Part shown: in pieces, positions 19,528 through 29,951 of the stretch
Layout of the letters: every line of letters begins with the position of its first letter
How positions within the stretch are numbered: the stretch's first letter is position 1
Origin: Clostridia bacterium
Lineage (GTDB): Bacteria > Bacillota > Clostridia > TANB77 > UBA1234
Assembly: GCA_017462965.1 (NCBI GenBank)
Contig: JAFTQC010000022.1
Span: forward strand, 96,242-160,241
Direction of reading: 5' to 3'
Length of the DNA: 64,000 nt
The notes under the pieces: model-generated
Told to the model about the DNA's origin: nothing
Seen by the model: the letters and a program-made list of their open reading frames with translations, nothing else
Database searches by the model: none
Made by a program: the position numbers and the translations under genes

Positions 19528-19896
19528 ATGGAGAAAGTTTTAAATATTAGCAATAAGGATATAAGAATGAAATCAACAGCAGGCACTTTAATGCGCTATA
19601 GAAATAACTTTGGAAGAGATTTAATTAAAGATATGGTACATTTACAAAATAAGCTAAAAAAAGTAACAGCTGGGGAAGAACAATTTCAAATTATTGAATT
19701 AGATATGTTTGAAAAAATTGCGTGGAGTATGGCTAAAACGGCTGATAATACAATACCGGATATTGAACATTGGCTAGATAATTTTGAAACTTTTGACATA
19801 ATGAAAGTGCTTCCTGAGATTATGCAATTACTTGTTGATAATTTACAACAAGAAAATGAATCAAAAAAAAAGTTAGCAGAACTAATAAACAAATAA
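19528..19896 (+). CDS. Tail assembly chaperone (G-like)
   Basis: Position between major tail and TMP; A9 slippery run near 3' end. Confidence 0.7.
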   Translation: MEKVLNISNKDIRMKSTAGTLMRYRNNFGRDLIKDMVHLQNKLKKVTAGEEQFQIIELDMFEKIAWSMAKTADNTIPDIEHWLDNFETFDIMKVLPEIMQLLVDNLQQENESKKKLAELINK

Positions 19897-20060
19897 ATGC
19901 GAGTATGATTATTTTACGAGCATTAAAAATGGGAATGAGCCTAGCGGATTTAGATGAAATCACGCTAGGCTTTATTCTTGATTTGATTGAACAAAACAAT
20001 ATCGAGGTTCGCGAAGATGATGAAATAGAAGCGACTATTGAAATGTTAGATAGATTTTAA
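19528..20060 (+). CDS. Tail assembly chaperone -1 frameshift product (GT-like)
   Basis: A-run 19863-19871; -1 frame open from 19860 to TAA 20058-20060 (…KKKVSRTNKQINASMIILRALKMGMSLADLDEITLGFILDLIEQNNIEVREDDEIEATIEMLDRF). Confidence 0.6.
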
Positions 20061-20073
20061 GGGAGGGAAAATA

Positions 20074-22261
20074 ATGGCTGAAATAAAAGGAATTACTGTC
20101 CAAATTGGACGGGGATACAACAGGTCTTGATAAAGCCCTTAAAGATACAAATAAAGAAATAAATACAACTCAAAAAGAGTTAAAAGAAGTTGAAAGACTT
20201 CTTAAATTAGATCCTAAAAATACAGAGTTATTAGCACAAAAACAAGAACTATTAGGAAAACAAATTGAACAAACTAAAACTAAAGTTACAGCATTAAAAG
20301 ATGCTCAAAAAAACGCGGATAATCAAATGAAAAATGGAGTGGAAATTTCTCAAACGCAGTATAGAAAATTGCAAAGAGAGATTGCTGCATCAGAAAATAG
20401 CATAGAGAAACTATCAAGCGAAGCTAAAAAATCAGAAGGTATCTTTGAAAATCTTGGTACTACTTTTTCAAAAGTAGGAAATGGAATGAAGTCTGTTGCT
20501 AGTTCTATTGGAAAGGGAATTGCATCAATAGGGGCCACGGCTGGCGCAGCAGTTACAGGAATAATAGCACTTGAACAGTCTACTAGGGAATATAGAAGTG
20601 ATTTGTCTAAATTAGAAACCAATACAAATCAAGCGGGGTTAAATTTTGGAAAAATGCAAGACAATTTAACTTCCTTGGTTGCAATAACAGATGAAACTGA
20701 CAGCTCAATTGAAGCACTTTCAAATTTGATGCAAACAGGTTTTGATGACGCAGGAATTGAGAAAACGCTAGATAGTTTGAGTGGTGCAATAATTGCATTT
20801 CCAGATACTTTGAAAATTGAAAGTTTAGCTGATGGCCTTCAAGAAACTTTAGCTACAGGAAAAGCAACAGGACAATTTGCTGAATTATTAGAACGTTCTG
20901 GAATGAGTTTAGATACTTTTAATGCAGGACTTGAAAAAGCAACTGAAAATGGAAAACAACAAGAATATGTATTAGAACAATTAGCAAAAACAGGAATGGC
21001 AGAAGTAAATAAGGCTTATAGAGAGGCAAATGTTAACCTATTAACTATAAAAGAAGCTCAGCAAGAATTTAATAATTCAATGGCTACATTAAGTACGATA
21101 ATGGAACCAGCTATTGCAAGTATAATGAGCTTTGGTGCAGAACTTTTAAATATTTTAACTAGTGCTTATGAAAGTGGAGGATTAGAAGGTTTAGTAGTAG
21201 CGATAGGAGATGTGCTTAATAGAATAGTGACTAAAATTGTTGAAAGTATGCCTAAGATAATAGAAATGGGAATGCAAATAATACAGGGCTTGCTCAATGG
21301 TATACAGCAAAATTTACCTCAAATAATGAGTTCAGCAGTAGAAATGATTAGTATATTTGTTAAGGCCGTTTTAGATATGTTACCTCAAATTATTGAAGTT
21401 GGAATGACAATAATAGCCCAGTTACTTATTGGAATTGCTGAGCAAATGCCAGAATTAGTTCCAGCAATAGTTGAATGTGTTTTGTTAATTGTTGAAACAA
21501 TACTTGATAATATAGATCAATTAATAGATGCTGGCTTACAAATTCTAATGGCATTAATTCAAGGTATTATAAATTCATTGCCATTAATAATTGAGAAATT
21601 ACCAGTAATAGTAACGCAAATATTTGAAGTAATAAACAACAATTTGCCTATTATTATTGAAGCTGGAATAACTATTTTATTAATGTTAATTCAAGGAATA
21701 ATAGAAACAATTCCAGAATTAGTAAAAGCAATTCCTCAAATTGTAACATCAATTGTAGATGGATTTAAGAAATTTTTTAGTACAATTTCTGATATTGGTA
21801 AAAACATCGTAGAAGGAATATGGGAAGGTATGAAAAACGCGAAGGATTGGTTGATTGAAAAAATACAAGAATTATGTTCTAATGCGTTAGGTGCTATAAA
21901 AAGATTCTTTGGAATTGAATCTCCTTCAAAAGTAATGAGAGATGAAGTTGGTAAATATTTGGCAGAAGGTATTGGTGTTGGATTTAATAGTAAAATGCCA
22001 AGTGTAATTGAAGCGATGAAAGAAAAACTTGCAACTGTGACAAGTGCTTTGAGTACAGAATTAAATTTTGCTGAAATACCACAAATTGAAGGAAATAAAA
22101 TAATAAGTGAAAATAGTTATGTGACCAAAAATTATACAAACACAATTGAAACAATTAGGCAACCAAGTAATATCGAATTAAGCTTAAATGGTATGAAATT
22201 TGCAAGAGCAATTATTCCTTCTCTAGATGAAGAATATGTGAGAATGGGGGTTAAGGTATGA
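20074..22261 (+). CDS. Tape measure protein; first 12 codons (MAEIKGITVQIG) are in a different frame from the rest (frame shift near 20107-20111)
   Basis: ATG 20074 + RBS gggaggg gives MAEIKGITVQIGRGYNRS*; main ORF from 20105 (DGDTTGLDKALKD...) 718 aa, coiled-coil and hydrophobic-repeat rich. Confidence 0.8.
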
Positions 22262-22632
22262 TTATAATTGACGGGCAAACTTTTGATGTTGGAATAACTA
22301 AAATAACAAGAAAAGCAAGTCAATCAGCAGAAAGTTTAGGGACCACACTTGATGGCAAAAAGCATTATGATGTAAAAGGCACTTATTATGATTATGATGT
22401 GACTTTTAATACCCGTGCGATGAATGTGGTGGCTTACGATAGACTTTATGAATTAATTACAGAACCTGTTGAACATCATACAGTTACTATTCCTTATGGA
22501 CAAAGTACAATAACATTTTTAGCAAGAACTAAAGTTGGAAATGATACTTTAAAATTTAATTATACAAATGCTAAAAAATGGGGAGGATTTACAGTAACAT
22601 TTGAAAGTTTAGAACCTCAAAGGGAGGTATAA
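22258..22632 (+). CDS. Tail protein (short distal-tail-like)
   Basis: Position directly after TMP. Confidence 0.45.
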   Translation: MIIIDGQTFDVGITKITRKASQSAESLGTTLDGKKHYDVKGTYYDYDVTFNTRAMNVVAYDRLYELITEPVEHHTVTIPYGQSTITFLARTKVGNDTLKFNYTNAKKWGGFTVTFESLEPQREV

Positions 22633-22635
22633 ATA

Positions 22636-24204
22636 ATGTTAAAAATTGTATATGAAAATATTCCGACAGGTTCAATGCAAGGAAGTTCTACTGATATAAA
22701 CTATAAACAACCTTTTTTGAATATGGCGGATTTTAAAATTGAAAGGAAGGTACATAAATATGCAACGTTAGAACATAATTTTTGGATTTTAAACGGAACA
22801 TTCCCGAATTTTCCAGATGTGCCAACTAATTTAGGATATATGAGTACAATAATGTCTGATGAAAATGGAAATTTTGAAAATGAAATTGTTATAACAAGAG
22901 ATTATGATGCAAATTATACCGCTCCTGGTTTAATGATTGAATTTGATTCAAATACAAACAACTATGCTAAAAATATGAATGTTAAATGGTATAGAGACAA
23001 TGAATTACTTTCAGAAAAAGACTATGTTGTGGATAATGCAATATATTTTTGTAACAACCAAGTTATAGCCTTTAATAAAGTTGTAGTGACTATAACATCA
23101 ATAAATAATGCATATAGATTTTTAAAAATTTTTAATATTAGTGATGGAATAATTAGAACATTTTTTCAAGATGAATTAGAAAATGTAGATATTTTGGAAG
23201 AAATATCTACAAAAAATGAAACATTGAGTATTAATAATACTTCTGTAAATATTATTAATAAAAATGATATAGGGATATTATTTCAAAGAACATTGCCATT
23301 CAAAGTATATAGAGATGATACTTTGTATGGCTGTTTTTTTATTGATACTTCTAGTAGTAATACAAAAAAGACTTTCTATACAATTAGTGCTAATGATTAT
23401 ATTGGTTTATTAGAATACCAAATGCATTTAGGAGGAATGTATTTTAATATTACAGTTTCTGATTTAATAACAGATATATTAGGTGACATTCCTTATGAAT
23501 TAGATGAAAGTATTAAAAATAAAACTATTACAGGATATCTGCCAATTCAAACAAAACGTGAAGCGTTAAGGCAGGTTGTATTTTCAATTGGAGGAATGGT
23601 GGATTCTTCGAGAAGTGAAAAATTAATAATTAAACCTTTATCGAATGAAATTGATTCTTATTTAGGAAATGACAGGATTGTAAATGTAAAAACGACTGAA
23701 TTAGCGATAACAACAGTAATAGAACTAAATACTCACAAGTATAAAATTAATTCAGAAGAAACGGAATTATTTAATGATACATTAAGTGGAACAACTTATT
23801 TAACATTTTCAAGCCCGATGCATGACCTGAAAATTACCGGTGGAACTATTTTAAATAGTGGAACTAATTATGCTACAATTCAAGCGAATGGATCAGTAAT
23901 ATTGACGGGACAAGGTTATGATGATGTGGTTGAAACTATCAAAAAAACAAATTCGGCTACTTCAACAACAGATTTAGAAAAGGTGGAAACTCATGAAACA
24001 ACTCTAAACTGCAATTCAAATGAATTATTAGATTCGTTAAAATTTGTTAAATCTAATGTGGACATTACTTTTAGAATGATTACAGAAAAAGTTGGAGATT
24101 TAATTGATATTAATGGAACTGTTTGTAGAATTAAATCATTAAGTTTTTCTGCAGAACAAAAAAATATATATGCTAGCTCGAAAATGGAGGTGTATGATGG
24201 ATAG
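22636..24204 (+). CDS. Tail-associated protein (Tal/prophage-tail-like)
   Basis: 522 aa after distal tail gene. Confidence 0.5.
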   Translation: MLKIVYENIPTGSMQGSSTDINYKQPFLNMADFKIERKVHKYATLEHNFWILNGTFPNFPDVPTNLGYMSTIMSDENGNFENEIVITRDYDANYTAPGLMIEFDSNTNNYAKNMNVKWYRDNELLSEKDYVVDNAIYFCNNQVIAFNKVVVTITSINNAYRFLKIFNISDGIIRTFFQDELENVDILEEISTKNETLSINNTSVNIINKNDIGILFQRTLPFKVYRDDTLYGCFFIDTSSSNTKKTFYTISANDYIGLLEYQMHLGGMYFNITVSDLITDILGDIPYELDESIKNKTITGYLPIQTKREALRQVVFSIGGMVDSSRSEKLIIKPLSNEIDSYLGNDRIVNVKTTELAITTVIELNTHKYKINSEETELFNDTLSGTTYLTFSSPMHDLKITGGTILNSGTNYATIQANGSVILTGQGYDDVVETIKKTNSATSTTDLEKVETHETTLNCNSNELLDSLKFVKSNVDITFRMITEKVGDLIDINGTVCRIKSLSFSAEQKNIYASSKMEVYDG

Positions 24205-24736
24205 TCTAATTTTCGATAGAACACAATCAGATATAACTAATTTAACTTCAAAAGGATACTATAACCATACTGATTTAAACAGAATTGAACAATGGTGCAA
24301 TTATTTGGCTGGAGTTCTTAACAATTATAATTATATTGTTAATATCACAACAAAAACAAATTGGACAATGTTGGATTTACCAACACAATCAAAAATCGAA
24401 CGAATAAGAAAAAACATAAATACGCTTAAACAAGCGTATTTTTCTTTTACTAAAATTCCATCGAATTTAGATTACATGACTTGCCAAAAAGCGAATGATA
24501 TTGAAAAAATATTACACGAAATAGATTACATTCTGATGTGGATGGAAAACAATTTTGTATATTCGGGTGTCGCCAATTGTGGACAAACTCGAACATGGCA
24601 ACAAAGGTTTAGAAGAATAAATAGTTACATTGTTCCTAGAACATGGCGACAATTAACTCAAGAATATTGGAATGAATTTGCTGAAAGTGATACATGGGAA
24701 GGAGTGACTACAATTGCAGAAAACTACGAATTATAA
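24197..24736 (+). CDS. Hypothetical tail/baseplate protein
   Basis: ORF track (start at MMDSLIF, RBS ggaggtg). Confidence 0.45.
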   Translation: MDSLIFDRTQSDITNLTSKGYYNHTDLNRIEQWCNYLAGVLNNYNYIVNITTKTNWTMLDLPTQSKIERIRKNINTLKQAYFSFTKIPSNLDYMTCQKANDIEKILHEIDYILMWMENNFVYSGVANCGQTRTWQQRFRRINSYIVPRTWRQLTQEYWNEFAESDTWEGVTTIAENYEL

Positions 24737-25346
24737 TTTAAATAAAATAGAGGTTGAAGATGCGGTCGAAGAGAGCATAATAGCTCTTGGAGAAAATGCT
24801 GAAAAAATAGACGGTTTAATAAAAAATGCAGAGGAATTGTTTATAGCAACATATGGCACGACTACTTTTGCACAAATTCAAACCGCGGTAAATGAAGGGA
24901 AAATAATATTGTTGGATTATGGTGGAAGCCACAGACTTCAACTTACATACATAAGTGCAGAACAATTTAATTTCGCTGGTTTTGTTGATGCAAGCAATAC
25001 TTTATTCAATGCCGTTTGTAAATCAACAAACGAATGGCTTTTAGAGTCAAAAGAAGTGGGTGCTGGAGGAAATGGCAATATACTAACATTTGAGAATATA
25101 ACAGTTACGACTACCGAGTGGGTTGAAGATACAACATATGAAGAATTTGGTTATAAAGCAGATATCCCATGTACAGGAGTAACAGATGACTTCTTTTCTG
25201 ATGTTGTTTTTGGTGTTTCAGAAGCAACAAGCGGAAATTATGCACCAATTAGTTTGACTGGCGCTGGAACAGTAACAATATATGCAGTAGAAGCTCCCGA
25301 AAGCACTATAACAATACCTACTATAATTTGCAGTAAGGGGGCTTGA
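24714..25346 (+). CDS. Hypothetical tail/baseplate protein
   Basis: ORF track. Confidence 0.45.
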   Translation: MQKTTNYNLNKIEVEDAVEESIIALGENAEKIDGLIKNAEELFIATYGTTTFAQIQTAVNEGKIILLDYGGSHRLQLTYISAEQFNFAGFVDASNTLFNAVCKSTNEWLLESKEVGAGGNGNILTFENITVTTTEWVEDTTYEEFGYKADIPCTGVTDDFFSDVVFGVSEATSGNYAPISLTGAGTVTIYAVEAPESTITIPTIICSKGA

Positions 25347-25348
25347 TT

Positions 25349-25924
25349 ATGCTTGGGAAAACTAATGTGAAAGTTAAGCCAAATGCGAAAAAGCCTCCAA
25401 TAGATTACGTGGAATATATAGAGAGTTCGGGAACTCAATATATTGATACTGGAATAATACCTAAGATTGATTATACGGTAGAAGCTGAATTTCAAGCAAC
25501 AGAAGCTACTGGTTCAGGAGAAGGTTGGCTTTTTGCTACGTGGGATAATTCTGCCGGTTTTAGAGTTGGAATAGTTAGAAATATGTTTAGTAATTCAAAC
25601 ATAACAGTTAATGCAAATGGAACTTCCGTGACATATTCGCAAACATCAATATTACAATACACACGTGTAACCGCTAAGGCTACCTCCGACAGAGCTTATT
25701 CATTATATTTGTTTTCTCAACACGAATCGACTGGAGCAACTCATACCTCAATGAGTAAATACAAACTTTATTTGCTAAAAATTTACGATAGTGGCGGTTC
25801 TCTTGTTCGAGATTTCAAGCCATGCAAAGACGAAAACGGAGTTTATTGTTTATATGATGAAGTGTCTAAAACATATTTCTATAATCAAGGAACAGGAAAC
25901 TTCACAGGAGGTGCAAGTTTATGA
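25349..25924 (+). CDS. Putative tail fibre/receptor-binding protein, paralog 1
   Basis: Shares N-terminal IDYVEYIESSGTQYIDTG and C-terminal VRDFKPCKD.NG.YCLYDEVSKTYFYN..GTG motifs with next gene; RBS aagggggc. Confidence 0.55.
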   Translation: MLGKTNVKVKPNAKKPPIDYVEYIESSGTQYIDTGIIPKIDYTVEAEFQATEATGSGEGWLFATWDNSAGFRVGIVRNMFSNSNITVNANGTSVTYSQTSILQYTRVTAKATSDRAYSLYLFSQHESTGATHTSMSKYKLYLLKIYDSGGSLVRDFKPCKDENGVYCLYDEVSKTYFYNQGTGNFTGGASL

Positions 25925-26478
25925 TAGGTCAAACAAATGCGATTGAGAAAGTGAATGCAGGTATAGATTATGTAGAATATATTCAATCATCGGGGACTCA
26001 ATATATAAATACTGGTTTGAAGCCAACGCAAAACACAAGAATTGTATGTGAGGTTGTTGATTTTGCAAGCAAAGGTGCTATTTTTGGCGTGGATAACGGG
26101 TGGTTAACACAAAGTTATACTGTTTTCCCAAACATTTCAGCATTTGGCACAGCCTCTTATGACATCTCAAATTATGTGTCTAATGGTACAATCGATTTTA
26201 GTAAAAATGGATTGATACATAACGGAAGTACTGTTTGGACACCATCAACAAGCGACTTTACAAGTTTATACGAATTGACACTATTTGCGTTAAATAGAAG
26301 TGGAGCGACAAGAGAATTGGGTAGTGGTAAATTAAAATATTTGCAATATTATGAAGCGGATGTTTTAGTACGTGATTTTAAACCTTGTAAAGATAAAAAT
26401 GGAACATATTGTTTATATGACGAAGTATCTAAAACATATTTCTATAATGCAGGTACAGGAAGTTTTATTGGAGGGTGA
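25921..26478 (+). CDS. Putative tail fibre/receptor-binding protein, paralog 2
   Basis: As above; RBS acaggaggtg. Confidence 0.55.
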   Translation: MIGQTNAIEKVNAGIDYVEYIQSSGTQYINTGLKPTQNTRIVCEVVDFASKGAIFGVDNGWLTQSYTVFPNISAFGTASYDISNYVSNGTIDFSKNGLIHNGSTVWTPSTSDFTSLYELTLFALNRSGATRELGSGKLKYLQYYEADVLVRDFKPCKDKNGTYCLYDEVSKTYFYNAGTGSFIGG

Positions 26479-27329
26479 TAAGAATGATAGAAGTAAAAGA
26501 TGAAATTTTAGGCGGAGAAGCGCGATACAGAATAATTGATAGTTCTGGGAATATTGTACATGCTGATGTAAATATTGAGATGATAACGCCTGTGCAACAA
26601 GAAGGGACACCAATCAACAAGGCTCTTTTTGATAGCATTAAAAGCGGAAATGATTTGGTTCAAACATATAGTGAGATTAATCCGATTATAAGCAACGGTT
26701 ATAATTACATAACGTTAAAAAATTCAATTACTAAATACGAAAAAGGACAAAGAGTTTTGATTGATACAACGATTAAACCAACATATTTTAATACATCAAT
26801 AATTCCTAAGTTTTCTAATACGGGAACGATGGAAGGCTTTACGTTATCAAATAGTACTTACGTTACGGATCCTCAAAAGGCATTTGATGGTGATTCGGAA
26901 ACGTATTCGACGATAGGTGCTGCTAGTGGAACAGAAGAAATTAGTTTAACATTTCCTTACAAAATTAAACCTACTAAAATCAAAGTTAAAGCGTTTAACA
27001 ATTCGTTTAATGTTTATGGCTATACAGATTCAACAACTAGTATTGTTTTAGCGTCAGCTAGTAGCACTGGCGATGAAGAAATTTACGAAATTGTTAATAG
27101 TGAGTTTGTTGAAAAAATTCGTATTATAGCAAATGATTATAGAATGAGCATGCGAGTTTATAATTTAGAAATAATAGAAGGTGAAGCGTATATGTTTAAT
27201 ACAAAATTGTATACATATATTAATATCAACAACTTAGGCAATGTTTTAATAGATAAACTTCTTGAACAAAATAAAAAATATGAGCTTGTATATGATGGAA
27301 CAATGTTTATCGCAACGGAGGTGGCTTAG
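26475..27329 (+). CDS. Tail fibre-associated protein with possible discoidin/F5-8-type-C-like domain
   Basis: 284 aa; segment DGDSETYSTIGAASGTEEISLTF... Confidence 0.4.
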   Translation: MIRMIEVKDEILGGEARYRIIDSSGNIVHADVNIEMITPVQQEGTPINKALFDSIKSGNDLVQTYSEINPIISNGYNYITLKNSITKYEKGQRVLIDTTIKPTYFNTSIIPKFSNTGTMEGFTLSNSTYVTDPQKAFDGDSETYSTIGAASGTEEISLTFPYKIKPTKIKVKAFNNSFNVYGYTDSTTSIVLASASSTGDEEIYEIVNSEFVEKIRIIANDYRMSMRVYNLEIIEGEAYMFNTKLYTYININNLGNVLIDKLLEQNKKYELVYDGTMFIATEVA

Positions 27330-27624
27330 AATGAATAATTATTTCAAATTACAGGATATTGAAAAACAGGAAGTGCCACATCAATATGGCTACAAAGCTG
27401 TGCTCGTCGAAGATAAAATAAACGAAATTGGATTTTATAGGTTAGAAAAAACAGAGGAATTAAAAGAGATAGAAAGTCTTAAACAAAAACTGTTAGATAC
27501 AGATTATCAAGCTATTAAATTTGGAGAAGGTCAAATTTCAGAGGAAGAATATACCCCTATTAAAGAAAAGAGACAAGCTTGGCGCGATAGAATAAACGAG
27601 CTTGAAGCTGAGCTGGAGGTGTAG
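27330..27624 (+). CDS. Hypothetical phage protein
   Basis: ATG 27330 (MNNYFKLQDIEK...) within track ORF 27262-27624. Confidence 0.45.
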
Positions 27625-27629
27625 TCTGA

Positions 27630-27883
27630 TGGAAAATAACTCTGAATTTAAGTTTGAAATTGAGGTGATTGAAAGACTAGTAAAAATTGAACAAAAATTA
27701 GATGACTACAAAGATATACAAAATACATCTCGTGAAGCAGATCACAGAAGTAAAACCAATGAAGAAAGAATAGAAGCGTTAGAAGATAGAAATAAATGGC
27801 TTTCAAGAACAATGATAGGTGCGATAATTTGTGAAATAATTGGATTAGGATTTTTAATTTTTCAAAACGGATTAGGAGGTTGA
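27630..27883 (+). CDS. XhlA-like lysis-associated membrane protein
   Basis: Coiled-coil N-terminus, C-terminal TM MIGAIICEIIGLGFLIF; precedes holin. Confidence 0.6.
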
Positions 27884-28089
27884 ATATTATGAAACAAAAT
27901 AGATTTAAAAGTAAAGTTGTATGGGCATCTATATTAGGTGCTCTTTTTTTATTATATAACGCAATAGCAGCTGAAATGGGATGGCCAACAATTGAAGATG
28001 GTACATTTAATACACTAGTTAATTCTGTGCTAAGTATATTAGTAGGTTTTGGTATTTTAAATAATCCAACAAGTACAGATAAGTTCTAA
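27880..28089 (+). CDS. Holin (small, two TM)
   Basis: 69 aa, two hydrophobic helices, between XhlA-like and endolysin. Confidence 0.7.
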   Translation: MNIMKQNRFKSKVVWASILGALFLLYNAIAAEMGWPTIEDGTFNTLVNSVLSILVGFGILNNPTSTDKF

Positions 28090-28102
28090 GGGAGTGATGT
28101 CT

Positions 28103-28754
28103 ATGAAAACAAATCTACGGATTAGTTGAATATTGTAAGGAACAGCTAGGCTTACCTTATTGGTGGGGTACATTTGGTCAAGTTGCAACGGAAGGTTTGC
28201 TAAGGCAAAAATCAGCACAATATCCTTCATATTACAAAGATGATGATTTCAAGACACAATATGGGAAACGAGTTCACGATTGTGTTGGACTTATTAAAGG
28301 GTACATGTGGTGTGATACGCCTAAATCTACACCCAAATATAATGTTGCTCAAGATAAGAACGTGTCAGGTATGTTAAATTGCTGTTCAAAATATGGCAAT
28401 ATTGGAACAATGCCAAATGTAAAAGGTGTATTAGTATTCATGAGTGGACATGTTGGTATTTATATTGGCGATGGTAAAGTTATAGAAGCTCGAGGCCATA
28501 AATACGGCGTTGTAGAAACAAACCTTGCAGATAGAGGATGGACCAAATGGGGAATGTTAGATTGGATAGATTATGTAGTTGAAAAGGAGATTGAATTGTT
28601 CAAAGAAGGCGATGAATTAAAAGCACTTGATTATTTAGTGGAAACTGGAAGAATTTTGGACAAAGAACAAGCATTAAGAAAAATGGAAATAATCAAAAAT
28701 GAAAATTGGACATATATTAAATGGGCTAACGATGTTAAAGCATTATTGAACTAA
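28103..28754 (+). CDS. Endolysin, NlpC/P60-family peptidase; N-terminus frame-shifted (A4 run at 28106-28109)
   Basis: RBS agggag; MKTN in frame 2 then (-1 nt) KQIYGLVEYCKEQLGLPYWWGTFGQ...HDCVGLIKGY...GHVGIYIGDG NlpC/P60 Cys/His motifs in frame 0. Confidence 0.7.
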
Positions 28755-28761
28755 AAACGGC

Positions 28762-29850
28762 TTGCGAGAATCTTTTAAAATCGATTTTTTTATAGGTGGT
28801 GATATAAGTTTGAATAAAGAAGAATTTGAGTTTCTAGGTATAACAAAATTTCATGAAGCGGGTTATAGAGGTCAAGGAATAATAATATGTTCAAAAGAGA
28901 ACATCATCGAGGGAATATTCGATGATGTTTTTTGTTTAGAATATGAAAAGCCTGATGAATGGTCGCGTCATGGAACAACTGTGATGGATTATATAAGACA
29001 AGTAGCACCTGAAGCTACAAAATGGGCTATAGAAACACAAGGAACTACAAAGAATGGTGTTTTATATAGTAAAGGTATGGATTACTTGCAGAAAAATGCG
29101 CCTGATATTCTAACAACTTCATTTTTCAAAAGTAGTGATATAAAAGAACCTAAAAAAAGCTTATATACGCAGTTATATGATAAAGGATGCTTTTTGATTC
29201 TATCTGCAGGAAATAAAGATGAAGAAATAGAAAAACTTGCAGAAGGTGATATGTGGAAAGCGGTTGGAGCATGTAGATTTAATAATGGAAAGCTAAAAGT
29301 AGAAAAAGATTATGCTGCTGGTCCTGAAATGGATTTTGTGAGTTTGCACAACTTATATTCTATGTGGGATGAATCAAAGCATAAGGGTACATCTTTTTCA
29401 GCTCCATTGTTTGCAGGGATGTGTGCTTTGGTTCAATGTTTCTTTTTGAAAAAAACAGGTAAAAAGTTATCTCACAAAAAAATGTTGAAATTCGTGATAG
29501 ACAATTGTCTAGATCTAGAAGATGAAGGTCGAGACCACAAAACTGGTCACGGTCTTTTTATTTTGCCTGACCCAGCAAATATAGATATTTCAAAATATTG
29601 TGAAGATTATGAAGAAAGTGGTGAAGAAGATATGCCTAAATATAACACTTTAGCTGAAGTCCCAGAATGGGGAAAGTCAACAGTTGAGAAATTAATCAAT
29701 AAAGGTGCTTTAAAAGGTGATGAAAACGGGAATTTAAATATTTCAGAAGAATTGCTGAGAACTTTTGTTATTCACGATAGATTAGGAATTTATGATTTAG
29801 TACTCTCTACAGAAAACTCTGCAGAGTCTGCAGAGAACGTTGCAGAATAA
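28762..29850 (+). CDS. Subtilase (S8)-like peptidase domain protein
   Basis: HGTTVMDY (His motif) and GTSFSAPLFAGMCAL (Ser motif); canonical Asp motif not obvious. Confidence 0.55.
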   Translation: MRESFKIDFFIGGDISLNKEEFEFLGITKFHEAGYRGQGIIICSKENIIEGIFDDVFCLEYEKPDEWSRHGTTVMDYIRQVAPEATKWAIETQGTTKNGVLYSKGMDYLQKNAPDILTTSFFKSSDIKEPKKSLYTQLYDKGCFLILSAGNKDEEIEKLAEGDMWKAVGACRFNNGKLKVEKDYAAGPEMDFVSLHNLYSMWDESKHKGTSFSAPLFAGMCALVQCFFLKKTGKKLSHKKMLKFVIDNCLDLEDEGRDHKTGHGLFILPDPANIDISKYCEDYEESGEEDMPKYNTLAEVPEWGKSTVEKLINKGALKGDENGNLNISEELLRTFVIHDRLGIYDLVLSTENSAESAENVAE

Positions 29851-29917
29851 TTTGTGATATACAAAAACTCACGTTTGTACAAACCGTTTGTAATCATAAT
29901 TTTTGTACAAACGAATA

Positions 29918-29951
29918 CGCCTTGAAATATAGATTTTTCAAGGCGTATGGT
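29918..29951. terminator. Strong stem-loop atacgccttgaaa/tttcaaggcgtat
   Basis: 13-bp inverted repeat between S8-like gene end and tmRNA 3' end. Confidence 0.6.

Noticed and set aside
20105-20107. TTG at 20105 as the genuine tape-measure start
   Set aside because: There is no RBS at appropriate spacing, and it would discard the conserved MAEIKGITVQIG N-terminus encoded from the strong RBS/ATG at 20074. A 1-nt frame error is more likely.
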